NCBI GenBank assembly: GCA_010909165.1
Contig: VJWM01000016.1
Span: forward strand, 744,001-808,000
Length of the DNA: 64,000 nucleotides
Reading direction: 5' to 3'
DNA from: Anthoceros angustus
Lineage: Eukaryota > Plantae > Anthocerotophyta
Shown: one piece after another, positions 13,801 to 26,179 of the stretch
How the letters are laid out: each line of letters opens with the position of its first letter
How positions within the stretch are numbered: the stretch's first letter is position 1
Program-made: the position numbers and the translations under genes
The notes under the pieces: model-generated
Told to the model about the DNA's origin: nothing
What the model saw: only the letters and a program-made list of their open reading frames with translations
Databases searched by the model: none

Positions 13801-16270
13801 GCTGCTGCTGCAACTAGGGGGCGGCCTACTCGTTATGAAAGCTCTCCTACATGACCGAGTTTTGTAATAATCACCACCATTCCTGCATAAAGGGAGTCAG
13901 GATGAGAGTCCCACCAGAATCAATCTCCCAAGTGATGTGTGATTAAGCTCAGCCACAAGGAAATCAGATAAGACCACACACCAGTAGACCAAAGATGCCA
14001 AGTTCATAATGCCCGCGACCTCACTGTGCTCTAACCAGTCGGTGCCAGCCCAGTTTTGCAACCACGTCCTGCAGGGAGAAAAGCACGAAATATATATTAC
14101 AGCTAGCATCACTGTTCTAACAAACTGCATGAACACGTTCACCATACTGATAAAATGGATTAACATAAAGGAGAACAGCGTATTCACTACCTCTTCCGAT
14201 AGATATGTGGGGGTACTTTAGGTGACATTGGGGTCAGCACAGCTTCAGCAGGAAATATGTACACTCCTCTCAATCTTGGAGTACTATCCAAGTTGACTGA
14301 GCCACCAGAGTTGTCCTGGGCATGAGCTTGGCCTCCATCTGACTCCAAAATCTGGTTAGAGGCACTAGTGACACCAGAATCCATCGTAATCAGCCCAGAC
14401 GGGGATTCTGGGGAGCACCCAATGCAGACCTCTGGGTAGCCAGCATACACCCATGCGCGTCCGCTCCCAGGGTAAAAGATTGAGCCATCTGTTGTTGGAA
14501 AAGACACATTTGGAAAGGGTATAGTTGAAGGAGCTTGGTCATTCGCCGCCTGCAGCTTGCTGCAACAGCACCAGCAGTTGAAGCACTGGCTGTATCAGCT
14601 TGCAGGTCGAGCTAGCCCAGAATCTGCAGGCTTCACCCTGGCCAAGGTTACAGCATGCTGTTCTACGAAAAGTCACGACCAAGATATCTCTGACCAGGGG
14701 TTCTCTCTACAAACTACATGCTTCTCCTCCAATGCAGCTAATTATCTTATTAGCAATCAAGCACACAGACCCATGACACTCAATGTTTCTCCAGCAGAAA
14801 TTGAATTGACGCACAAGCTACAGTGAGCTCTACGGTTCTAAACCTACCAAACCATGTCTTCATAGATAAGATGAACTCACCTTCTTTTCAATCTGGTTAC
14901 AAGGTTACTTGGGCAGCAACCAGTCAGTCTTCCAGACCAACCATAAGGGGCTACAGCCACTGCATGTGAGCAAAAAAAAACTGGTAAGTACTAACTGGAA
15001 CCAGGCAGGAGAACTCCCTGCTGACATGAAAACGTTTCTGCCAAGACATCAAACACAAACACACCTGGCAAACTCGAGTCATGCGGCAGAGAGCCATCAG
15101 AATGCTGTTCAAGGGCATTTTGCAAGTCATAACCATCAAGACCTCGCACACGCCTGCACTCACAAGTCAATACCAAAACGACCTGCGAAGGAGATGCTCA
15201 ATTCCACAACCCTCCTAGGGTGCTTTCTAAGGCAGAAGATGGACTACCGGCACTTGCAATTTTAAACTTATTATCAACTGTTCACAAGTTTGGCTTGCTA
15301 CGTACTTTCTTCGCACCATAGCATGCACAAACATTGCCTCCTCACTTGCCGCAAAAACAAACTCGCAAGTGACAATCCCGTCACTGTATAAGAACAGGGA
15401 TCCCCATGAGCAGCCAGGCCATTTTGAAATTAAAAACGCCTATATGATTAATTTTTTCAACATGCATCAAGTTCAGGGACCTGTAAAGCCTTGGGTCGCT
15501 GCCGTTAGGCTGCTTGCTCTTCACAAAGACATCTCCAAATCTGACATAAGTCAAATTCCTCATTGATCTGCAGAATATAGGGCGTCCATAAATCTAGATT
15601 AGATGAGGTGGCGGATCAATTGCACGACTTGCAGAACTTCAACAGTCACCCTACCCAGAGGTGCCACAAAACTGTAAACCTTGTTCAAGAGCAAGTGATA
15701 ACCTTTCCAAGCGATTGAGCAGTGCTTGAGTCAGTGCTGAGGTCACTTCGTCAGGTTCACCCGGTAGAGACCATTGGCCAGCTCTGGCAACTAAAGATGC
15801 CAAACCACAAGGATCAACTACCACTTAGAACTGACCATGACGTCTTCCTTCGGGTCACTTAAGTACCCAAATGGCAGCAAATGCACATTGCAGCCTTGGC
15901 AACATACCTCTCAGACCCTGAGTGGCACCTTTCAACAATGGGCTTGTTGTGTCAAGGGAACCAGAAAAGAACAGCCATAACTTCACAGGTTCAGCTGCCA
16001 CACCGGCGTACGATAAATGTTGTGAGGTTGTTTCTCTCTGAGAAGAAGAGCAAACGCATGCACTTAGGTGGCCCTCCTCCTGCAACCTGGCATGCGCAGA
16101 CAGAGTATGTACAGCGAGCTGCTCCAGGCTCTCTGTGTCCTTCCTGCATTATTAACCGCAGAATGCTTATTGATCCCAGAACCCCAGATCGCGTTGGAGA
16201 AAGGAACACGGATTCGAACAGATACGCAGCCGGAAAGTAAATGCGAAGAACAGATACACCAAGCCTCCTG
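7867..16270 (-). CDS. MED13: Mediator kinase-module subunit 13 (MED13/GCT/MAB2-like), multi-exon
   Basis: Diagnostic plant MED13 segments: HARLQEEGHL, VKLWLFFSG, YVRFGDVF, DADMLAEFGDFGDFFEDDGLGFGE|PPGTAESQAL, YQDDWLKT, LHCCYVWAEDWQWLVSVWTDARGELLD, and C-terminal LQALSWLSASP...RRSPLPFHCD (stop at 7867). The first coding exon(s) above 16143 are not resolved. Confidence 0.92.
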
Positions 16271-18407
16271 AATTGACTAGAAAAGGCAATTGCGGATGGG
16301 CCCAAACAGTGAGGTGGAAATACTAACAACCACAATGCGACTGGAAGGCTTTGTCTGAGCACCAATTACTAAACTCCCATATCTGCAGGAACTCACATGA
16401 AACTGCCTGGAATTTGATCGAAATCGGGCCGAAGCTCAAACCAGGACACCAGCTGAAACCCACCCTGCGTCCATTCGTCACACAACCCAATTTTAAACTT
16501 CCGAGGACTGCAGCTAGCCCATGCAAGAGGCGACGATAGTTCCCGCTGCCCAATCCTACCACTGCTGCGATTCCCAATTGCTCAAACCTAACCACGAATC
16601 CTGAACCTAATTGCAAATTGCGCCCGCGCCCTTGGTCTCCACCTTCATCGCATTAGAAAGGAGAACTGAAGTTCTAAAGCCCACATGACATGAAAATCCA
16701 CAGAGCGCGTCTTACCAATCTGAAGACATTTGTGATCATGACGCCCTACTGCCCTGCCCTGCCCCGCCCTGCAGCTAACGCCAGCAGGAGCAGGAGCCAG
16801 GGCGGAGCATCCCAACAGCAGCAGCTTTGCAGCAAGCCCAGGCAACACCGTGAACCGCAGCCAAAGCTGTACAAACAGCTCCAGCGGCAGCCGCCACTGC
16901 CCTGGGACGCATGAGCCGATCCGGTAGAGCAGGAGGAGGGAGCTGATTACGGCAGCCGTTGTGTAACGGCAGGCGAGTGAGCTCACGGCATCAGGGCTCG
17001 GAGGCTCGAGGAGTATGGAGGGCAAGGGTTTGACGGTGCGAGCAGCATTTTCAAAAGCTGAGAGGCACGGCCACGAGTGCAGGTAGGAGAGGGCCCAGTT
17101 TTTGAGAGCTTTGATGGTGATGATGGAATCCGGGTTGTGTCAGAGAGAGGAAGCGGGACGAGAGACAGCAGTCCTCACTGTCAGTCCCGCAGTTCTGTCG
17201 CCGTCCTTGCTTCTTATCGCTTCCACCCACATTCAAACCATAGCGGCAAGGATCTTTAGGCCAACTGTCTTCAACATTTTCTTCGTGTCTATTTCAGTCA
17301 CATTTTCTGTGTCACAGAACGCGTATGTTATATTTCCGTTAACGGGTACCACGTCCGTCCACAGCCCACACATCCGGGAGACCAGCCTTTTACAATTCCT
17401 GAGATATTTAGGTATCTTTATTTTACTGATATCAACAAGTTAAAACAATATAACAAAATTTGATATGACAGAGTTGATTTGACATACTCATGTAGGAAAA
17501 GGAAAACATGCCATACACCACCTGGCTCGATGGTAGCCGAGTGGCCGCGATCGGGTTTTGGAACCGGACCAGATGGCTTTGTTTTCCTCTGAACCTATAA
17601 ACAACTGTCGGTCCTCCAGTCAACTTGATCAATGGTTACCGGGCCTGTTTGTAATCCAAGGCGAGCGGGAGTCTAGCTGTGGCACTTCAATGATTCCTAG
17701 GGTGTAGTTATGCTTTGTTTCACCTCGAGCAAGAAGATGATTGATGATGCCTAGAGTGTAGTTGTGCTCTGTCTCACCTCCTTATTTGCAAGCAAGAAGA
17801 TGATTGCAATGCTGATCCAGGAAAAATAAATGTTCAACAAACAAGCTTCCCGATTGACAATACTAATACAAGATTCTCCTAAAACCTAATGAAATGACAT
17901 ATTCATTAAACTATCTGGGTTTAGGTATCCAAAACATGGTGCATCCAAAAAACACAACTCATACATTGATGGGAAGAGTAAGAGAAGAAAAAATAACAAT
18001 TCAAATATAATTAGGGAGAAGAAGTATACTACAATCCACTTTGATGGAATTGTCTTGTCATGGGACTTAGTACTTGACAACTTGTATTGTGCACTACTTG
18101 CACCATAGCATCCACTCCCTCTAGGCACCCCAATTAGTACCAATTTACTCGCAGAATGCTTAATAATGATGTTCTTATAAAACTGTGTCCATTTGGCCTT
18201 AGCCATTTGGACACACAAGAGCAAGAGAAGACAGTCATGGAACCGAACAAAAGAGACTGCCTGTAGATCTGGCAAGGAAAATAAAAACATCTATTGACCT
18301 GACAAATCGAGAAAAATAACCCGGTCGCTTAGAGGTTAAGTTAACCTAACGGGTGTGTGAGATCGTGGTGGGGTAGCCCGTCACCCTCCGGGTGACTTGC
18401 TCCATCT

Positions 18408-18990
18408 TTGCCATCCCTCGGCCATGCCGTGCCACCCGCATATCGCTCTTGCTATGCCTCCCGCATCGCGTTGCTGGCCGCGTACGCCTGTTGCCATGCC
18501 GCCCGGCATGCCTCCCGCTGTGCCGCCCGCCTCCCCTTCCGCCATGCCGCCTGCCATCCCTCCGCCATCCCTCCCGCCATCCCTCCCGCCATCCCTCCCG
18601 CCATCCTCCCGCCATCCCTCCCGCCATCCCTCCCGCCATCCCTCCCGCCATCCCTCCGCCATCCCTCCCGCCATCCCTGTCCGCCATCTATACCCGCCGT
18701 CCTCTCGCTATTCTGTCCGCTATTTGTCTCGCCTCCCGTCCCGCCATTTGCCTCGTCTTCCATCGTCCTATCCTCCTTAGCCCATCCCTTCGCCCATCCC
18801 TCCGCCCATCCCTCCCGCCATCCCTCGTGCCATCCCGCCGCCCATCCCTCCGCCCAATCTCTCCCCCCATCGCTGTGATGAGCCCATGGCCCATCTCTGC
18901 GCCCATTTCTCCTCCTCCCATCGATCTTCTGAACCCATCGCCCATCATCCCTCTGCCGATCTCTCCCCACATCGCTCGTCGGAGCCCATT
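18408..18990. repeat. 12-bp GC-rich minisatellite (unit GCCATCCCTCCC) with degenerate flanks
   Basis: About 11 near-perfect copies at 18553-18686, a second block at about 18781-18860, and decayed 12-bp periodicity on both sides. Confidence 0.9.
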
Positions 18991-20159
18991 GTGATCGCCA
19001 TCACAACTCAGCCCTCTCTTCACAAGTCGCAAGTATTGTTCAGCGCGGATATTACATATGTTAGAATTCCGATGATGGGCTGTCCCACATATCAACAAGA
19101 TTAGCAGACATGAAAAGCAAAGGCAATAAATGACATCTAAGCGAAATTCATCACTGCCTTGGGTGAATAGTACTCTCATTATGGGGTAAATAGTTGAGCT
19201 AGTCGTTCACTAATGACATACGTGCATACACCTGCAAGAACATTACTGGCTGCAAACTCTCAAGAATCATACCTCCTCCTTTCGATATGTATAGTGTCCT
19301 GTGTGTAGTCGGCGTTTCCTAATTGGGATCTTTGGAAATGATATCGAGATCATTCCCTTACTAGGACCTTGGATCTCGTTTCTTTCAAAGCACTTATAAA
19401 ATGATAATTAGAATAATTCTCTGGACAGTAAATTAAAAAAATTAAAAAATTAGATTCAACCATTCTATATAGTTATCCCTCCCTAATTGAAAATATTATA
19501 TATATATATATATTCAATAAATTTTTATTATGTTAAAAAGTTCATAATTGGCTCAAAATATTTTTTTTAATATCGCCTGCAGAGTGCTAATTTTGAAATG
19601 AAAAGAAATGAAGCATCTAAGTAGAGAAATACTAGTGATTATTTTAAGTGAAAAATCATATAAGGTATTTGCTACAAATCTTCAAGTGAAACGCAGACAT
19701 ATCTTATAATCGTTAAGTTTAACTAAATGCGAACGAATACTCTCGGCCATAACAACAACATTTAACGTTTGAAAGGGGTGATGCTAAAACATCAAGCGAG
19801 GTTGGGAGGTTAATATAAGCACTTATTGTTCTTTTCCATTTGTATTGGACTAAGAAATTTATAATATTGATCCAACACAAATCTAATAAAGTACAAGAAA
19901 TTGAAAAATACTTACCAGAATATTATCAATTTTTTTAGAAATTAAAAATACTTTCAAGAAAAAGATATAAAAAACAAAATAGTTCGTGAGAAAATCCAAC
20001 TAGATTGTAATTTGTGAGCCACAATTTAAATGGGCTTGAGAAGTACCAAAACATTGTCCATACTTGGGCTATAATGATGTTAATTAAATATGGTTAGCAG
20101 TAGCTAAGTGGATAAGCACAAGTAATATGCTTTAGCATATTCCTTGCATATTATAGTGT

Positions 20160-23100
20160 ATTCTTATGATATTTCCGGCATATGCGGATGCCAATAGGAT
20201 ATCTTAGGAATATGCCGATGCCAAGGGCTAACATATATAGACCCTTTCACAAAGGACAAGCTCATATCATAACTTGTCCTCTAGATATACAATGCAAGCG
20301 TGTTGTGAGTAGGCCCTCTAGATATGCAATGCAAGGGTGCTATGAGGAGACCAAAGCTATGACTCCGAGAGCGATGTGTGAGGAATTTGCGTGTTGTTCT
20401 CGTGGGCAGAGTGTGTTTGTGCCACGAAGTGCGAGCTACTCTCTCTTATTGTTACAAGCTATGATCTATTTCATATGCTAGATAGGCTTGCTAGGATTGA
20501 TAATCTTGCTAGGCAAGTTAGGCGATGCTATGCCACACAAGGTTTAGTGTACTAAGCTTCTTAGGGGTGCTAGTGTGATAAGTGTGTTAGGCGATGCCAG
20601 GTTGTGCCAGGCGTAGTGTGCTAGGCTTAATAGGCATGCTATGCGCTTTAAGGAGATGTTAGGCTTGCTAAAGTGATGCTAAGCTATGCTTACCTCGTTA
20701 AGCAAGGCAAGGGAACCTCTAAAGCCAAGGTGGAGCTTGAAGAGTATGTCCAATGCTTGGGGCAAGAGGGAGTCACCTAAAGAGGCCGAAGTCCCAAGGC
20801 TTGAGGCCAAGAGAGGGGACTAAAGACAAAAGGAGAGGCCCAAAGAAGAAGGAGAAGAGGCCTAAGTCCCTATGAGAGGAATCATACCTTTCCAAGGAAG
20901 CTTGGCCTTCTAAGGCTAACGACAAGGGAGAAAGAAGAGGAAAATACTCTTGGGTACTTGGAAGCTGGATTTCAAGGTAATAAGGAAGCAGATGATAGCA
21001 GTTGGTGAGTTATCAATTCATTCGTGTTGGCTATCCATTCAAAACTCCAAGTTGCTATCCATTCAAAACTCCAAGTTGTTAGCACATTCAAAACCCCACC
21101 TTGGTAAGAAATTACCAAGGTGGCAAACAACTCACTCATCTCAACTGCTTGCCACAAAAGATTGAAGAGTCTTTGTACGGTGTTTAGGCACGCAACCCAT
21201 AGATACTTAGAGGTGTCATTAATCACAATCTAAGCGAGCAAAGTGTGTTCATCTTGATTGAGGGTTATGACGTAGCCACTGACCACCTTGGAGTGCATGC
21301 CTAGACATACTCAATCCGGACGGAGCTACCAACCAGCAAGTCCATAGGACCGAATTCGAAGTCTCGACCAAGAGAGAGATGTACGAACATCCAACTTTGG
21401 TACCGGTGAAGGACGTAGAGGGACCCAGCGACTCAATCAACAATCTTTGAAGGATCTGAAAGTGGCAACACATAAGACACGTCAGCGCTGTCTGGCCAAC
21501 TCAAGGGAAGTGACAGTGAAGAGGACTTGTCTCTAGGAGTCGTCAAGATGGGAGGAAACAAGGATCGAATAGAGTTGTTTCACGAGTTGAGTGGAAACCT
21601 TGCTATTGGAGGACTTCATCGAGAAGGATGGTGCGGTGTGTGTAGAGATGGAATTGAAGAACGAATACACGAAGCGATACGGCTTCATTCAAATGCTGAA
21701 GTACTTGGGGGATAAAGCATTGGCGTGCAATCGAGATCACAAAGCGAGGTTGTTGAGTGGCATATCTTGAGGACCAGTGAGTAGCAATTCGAGCTCCGTA
21801 AGAATAGTACACTTATAGCAGAAATTGGGACACGTGCGGTGGAAACCAGTGCAGACGGAGCAGTGGTACCAAGTGAGCAAGATCCCATCGAAGATATGTT
21901 TGACATCTTCCGGCTGGAGTTTCCTACAAGCACGGATGAGAAGATCTCCGAGCTCACACACTTCAAGCTCAAATCAGGCAAGACTGCAAAGATGGCTTAC
22001 CGAAGAATCGACCAATTTGTATCACTAAGATCATAAGTGACCGACTGGCTGCAGAGAAGTACTTGCAGGCATTGCCATATGCGCTGCGCATGAAGGTGCA
22101 ACAAGTGGTGCAGATCACGAAGCGACACTACTACATCATCAAGGAAGTGTTCGAGATGGCTGACACGATAGGGCCCGCTGACACTTTCTCTCGTGTTGTT
22201 GCAAGTGATCACTCCAACCCAAGTAGAAGTGGTGGACCACATGACCGACGCGGAGGTCATAGTGGAGGAGCTCGGCGAGACAAGCCAACCCACGCGGCCC
22301 AAGTGATGAGCCCCTGCGTGAGGTGCCGAGGGACGGACCATTCCCCTCATGAGTGCGAGCGCATTCGGAGCAGTCAAGGGTGAATAGCCGTGCCTTGGCT
22401 GGTTCATCATTGGAGGATGAAGAAGATGAGCACAGATGAGCAAGAAGATGATGAAGAAGAAGTTAGGATGCATGGCAATAGTGACCAGATCCAAGGGCAA
22501 GGGGAAGAAACCTTTGGCAACTACGAGAGAAGATAGCTTAGAGGAAGACATCTTGACACTTGCAGTGTGGAAGACATGGATGGAAGCTTCGGGATCCTCT
22601 TCCCGAACCTATGCCTAGATGCCAAAGTCGTTTGAGCCATTGCCAACAAGAGCAACTAAGGGAGCAACATCAAAGTCCGGAGTGGGCGATGTGAAGAAAC
22701 CCACGCGCAGACTGCTGATGGAGACGATGGCGTAAAGGCTTTCAGCCTACAAGACATGGGGTTGAGCGTAAAGAAAGTCAGGGGTTTGACTCAGGGGGTG
22801 TTAACAACCCTTGAAGACAAAGTAAGCGTCCACGATGTGCCACAACAGGTAGCAATGATGTTATTGCTAAACTCGGAGCCCGAGTACCTATGTGGAGAAG
22901 CATAATACTGCATGAGTGGGGGTGGCTTTGTTCAACAATTGGGAGAGACTCGTGGAAATCAATGGATTCGCTCCAAGGAGGGTGTTGATTGACATCGGAG
23001 CACAGCCGGTGCTCGTTGGAAGAAGAATGAAGGAATCGTTAGGTCTCCACCAAGACATACTGGTTGAAGGAAACCAAGTAGAGAATCCAGACCGCAGCTG

Positions 23101-23640
23101 AGACCACAGAGCATGTGTTGGGGTGGACGAGGTACATGCTCAAGGTTTCATTCAAACCAGAATAGCTGACTTCACCTTTGTCGAGGTATAGGCTTGGTCA
23201 TTGATGCAGATACATTTGATGTCTTGCTGGGAGCGGACGCTTTGTACAAACGTGGAGTTATGGTGGATTTGTGGACGGAGACAATCTACTATCGACCAGG
23301 TTCGAGAAGCTGGAGGAAAACCGATGAACGGATTGCTTGCATCTCTCTGCAGCTGCATGGCAAGAATCATGAGAACTCATTGCCAATAGCGTCTACCCAG
23401 TCTTTGGGGCCATGGTGACTGGCACACTTTAATTGCTCGAACCTCTTCGGGTATGTCTAACAATCGTAGCCGACCTAAGGAAGGATTTTGATGAGGAGGA
23501 TGAAGACAAGCTAGGGTTGCAACCACCCTCAGTGGAGGTCCTTCAAGTCAGCTAGACAGAGCTGGTGACTGTAGCAATGAGCCATGTTCTGCAAGAAGTG
23601 ACGCACATGGGAGAGGAGTGAGACTTGGTGAGATTCTAGA
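20160..23640 (+). mobile_element. Decayed, truncated Ty3/gypsy-like retrotransposon remnant (gag, CCHC zinc knuckle, aspartic protease; no RT seen)
   Basis: Gag-like fragments at 21840-22200 with stops, CX2CX4HX4C knuckle CVRCRGTDHSPHEC at about 22315-22356, and protease fragments VLIDIGAQPVLVG and FDVLLGADAL at about 22960-23280. Outer boundaries are approximate and no LTR pair was found. Confidence 0.7.
21031..21078. repeat. 24-bp perfect tandem duplication (CTATCCATTCAAAACTCCAAGTTG x2)
   Basis: Read directly at 21031-21054 and 21055-21078. Confidence 0.9.
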
Positions 23641-24141
23641 GAAGGTGAGTTAATGAAGCCTCCTCATCAGGGACAGGTGCGGGGGAAAGGCTGCAGGGGT
23701 ATTACAAAAAAAAAGAGGTATTTTACAACATACTTTACAATTGTAGTTGTAAAAATTGATGAAACAAGACATCATGCAGCGAAGTGTTGTAAAATTTCCT
23801 GGTGTAATAACCGGTGCCACATCTGCGCCACATCATCGCTATTGCCATAAGGACTTGCATGTTTTTATACAACTATTTTACAACATATTTATAAATGACG
23901 TATTTTACAACACTTCTACACCATTCTTACAACATATTTTACATCATGTTTAACGATATTTTCAGATTGAAATTATAATATTTAATAATTTTATTCAAAA
24001 TATATTTATTTTAAGTAGTTATTATGTATTATTATTATATATAATATATTTTATCCAATAAAATAATTATTTCAAATATGAATATTCTTATTAGTATTTT
24101 TAGTTAATATTTATTTTTTGGGATATTAAGTAACTTATCTT

Positions 24142-24558
24142 TGTCTGGATTGTGAACTGGATCTAAGCTAGGGCACACGAACAAGGTACCGAGTTCAAAC
24201 GCCATCTGGTCATCATATTCGCCTCATCCGATCGCTATAAAGATGAGGCATTTGATTTCGTAATTACTAACCCACTATTCGCTATTATCCCGATATTCGC
24301 TATTTTACGGTTATTAGGCTATCCGTCATTTACCCAGATCTAGAACCACGGCTATTCAAACAGCTTATGACTAGAAATTCAGAATAGGTAGACAATGTAG
24401 GATCCCAGAATCGAATCGGTTTAGGTAGGCAGTAGTTGGGGCAACCTTCTTGGCCATTCCCCCACACTGTATAAAAGGGGAATTGCCCCTGAAGCAAGAC
24501 AGCGAATCTTTGTGCGCTCAAGTAGCCCACCGGACCGTGGAATTTCCGTGTTGTGGCA
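24142..24558 (+). repeat. 5' LTR of the chromovirus
   Basis: Starts TG, ends TTGTGGCA, and is homologous along its length to 30503-30921. Confidence 0.93.
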
Positions 24559-24560
24559 TT

Positions 24561-24572
24561 TGGTATCGAGCC
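24561..24572 (+). promoter_or_regulatory. Primer-binding site, tRNA-iMet type
   Basis: TGGTATCGAGCC lies 2 bp after the LTR end and is one base short of the usual TGGTATCAGAGC. Confidence 0.8.
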
Positions 24573-26179
24573 GCCCGATCCATGAGTTTTGGATCATTGC
24601 CACAGGAACCCCGGCAACAAAAGCCAGTAGAAATGAGCGATGTCATACCTCTGGCGGTGATGGAGAAGGCGATCTCCAACGGCAGCGATGACAATCTCGA
24701 TTGGGCATTGGGGGTGAGAAGGAGGTGAACGCCGAATACACGGAGTACGAGGCGACACCGCCCAAGGCAGCGTGTCGACTGAAACGCGCTACCCGTGGCA
24801 CCCCAATCACGGAGGAGGGCAGCGCGTGAAGAAGGCGAAGACGCTGTGAACCGGCCGTCCCCAGAACGCGACCGAGAAGGAGAATTCTGCACGGCTGCAA
24901 CGCAAGACGACCGGACGAGAAGGGACGTAGTCAACCAACGGCAAGATTGGGAAAACCGCACCACAAGAGTGGAACGTACATGTGAGGAAATCACCGGTAC
25001 CCTCGCTTCCCAAGATCGGCAGTTGAAAGAGGTAGAGGCCACGATGCACCGCATCGAGACCCAAGTAGGCGAAAGCCAGGCGCGGGTAGAACGCCAACTT
25101 GAAGGTGTGCTGCAAGCGCTGGGCCACACGGAGCAGGACACACCAACCCTGCGGAATCCCACCAGGTGTGACACGTTAGGTACGAAACACCAAGAAACCA
25201 TTTCCTCACACATTTTGAAACCGCCACCCATTTCGGAGATCGGCGGAAGAAATTAGCGGGGCCTCGGCAGTTCTCGGTGAGGCGGACGGACGCGACGGGG
25301 GACCCGAGCGGGGGATGACGAGGAAGCTCTCAAGAAATTGCTGGTTAACCTACAACCAGGCGAGAAGGAGAATCCGGAAATCCAAGCCTTGGTGAGAAGG
25401 CTTCATCTGATGCGATATGAGAACTACGAAGCCCAAAAAGGTAGGTCCTCACCTGAACTTGGATCTATGGAAGACGAGCTAATCCCATTCAAGTCCAGAG
25501 CATTGGACAAGGACTGCAGCGAAAGATCAAAACCACGACTTTCGATGGCTCAAACAAAGAAGCACAACACACCTACGATTGGATCGACAAGATGGACAAG
25601 TACACAGGGTCAGCGACAGGGCGACCTCCGGAGGATCCAATTTTGTGTTATGAGCCTCGAGGGTATGCGATCGTTGGTGGCGGCAGGAGCGTCGGTGGAC
25701 CTCGGATGGCACCACCAATCCTCTCTGGCGGTGTTCCGCCATCCTTTCGACACAATTCCTACCAACAACCACCGGAGAGACTTATATCACAATTCGTAAC
25801 TATCACTCAAAGAACTACGGTCCGAGTCTGCGGCCGGTTCCTGCACTCACCCTCGACATGCCAAGGTTAGATGAAGAAGAAGGTAGAGAAGTTCATCGAC
25901 GGCGAGGAGCTCGGCGGATGTATACGGACTAGTCCTGCTACATTGGTAGGCGCCATGAAGGCGGCTATCAACTACGGACCAACAAGTATAAATACACCCT
26001 CACCCACGGCAAATAGGGGAAGCAAGTTTGCACAAGCCACTGACAAGAAACCCACGTTCAAGATACTGACGGCACAGGAGAAACAGGCATACTACGAGAA
26101 GAAGTTGTGCTTTACCTGTGCCTCACCAGATCATGCCTCCAAGACCTGCCCCCATCGAAAAGATTTCTTTGCTTGGCTC

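Noticed and set aside
17886-18290. 134-aa minus-strand ORF (MAKAKWTQFYKNIII...)
   Set aside because: It lies in AT-rich, TE-like DNA with no motif I recognise, so there is not enough support to call a gene or transposase.
18346-19179. Several Gly/Arg/Pro-rich ORFs on both strands
   Set aside because: They are produced by the stop-free 12-bp minisatellite and shift frame at single-base deletions. No family signature.
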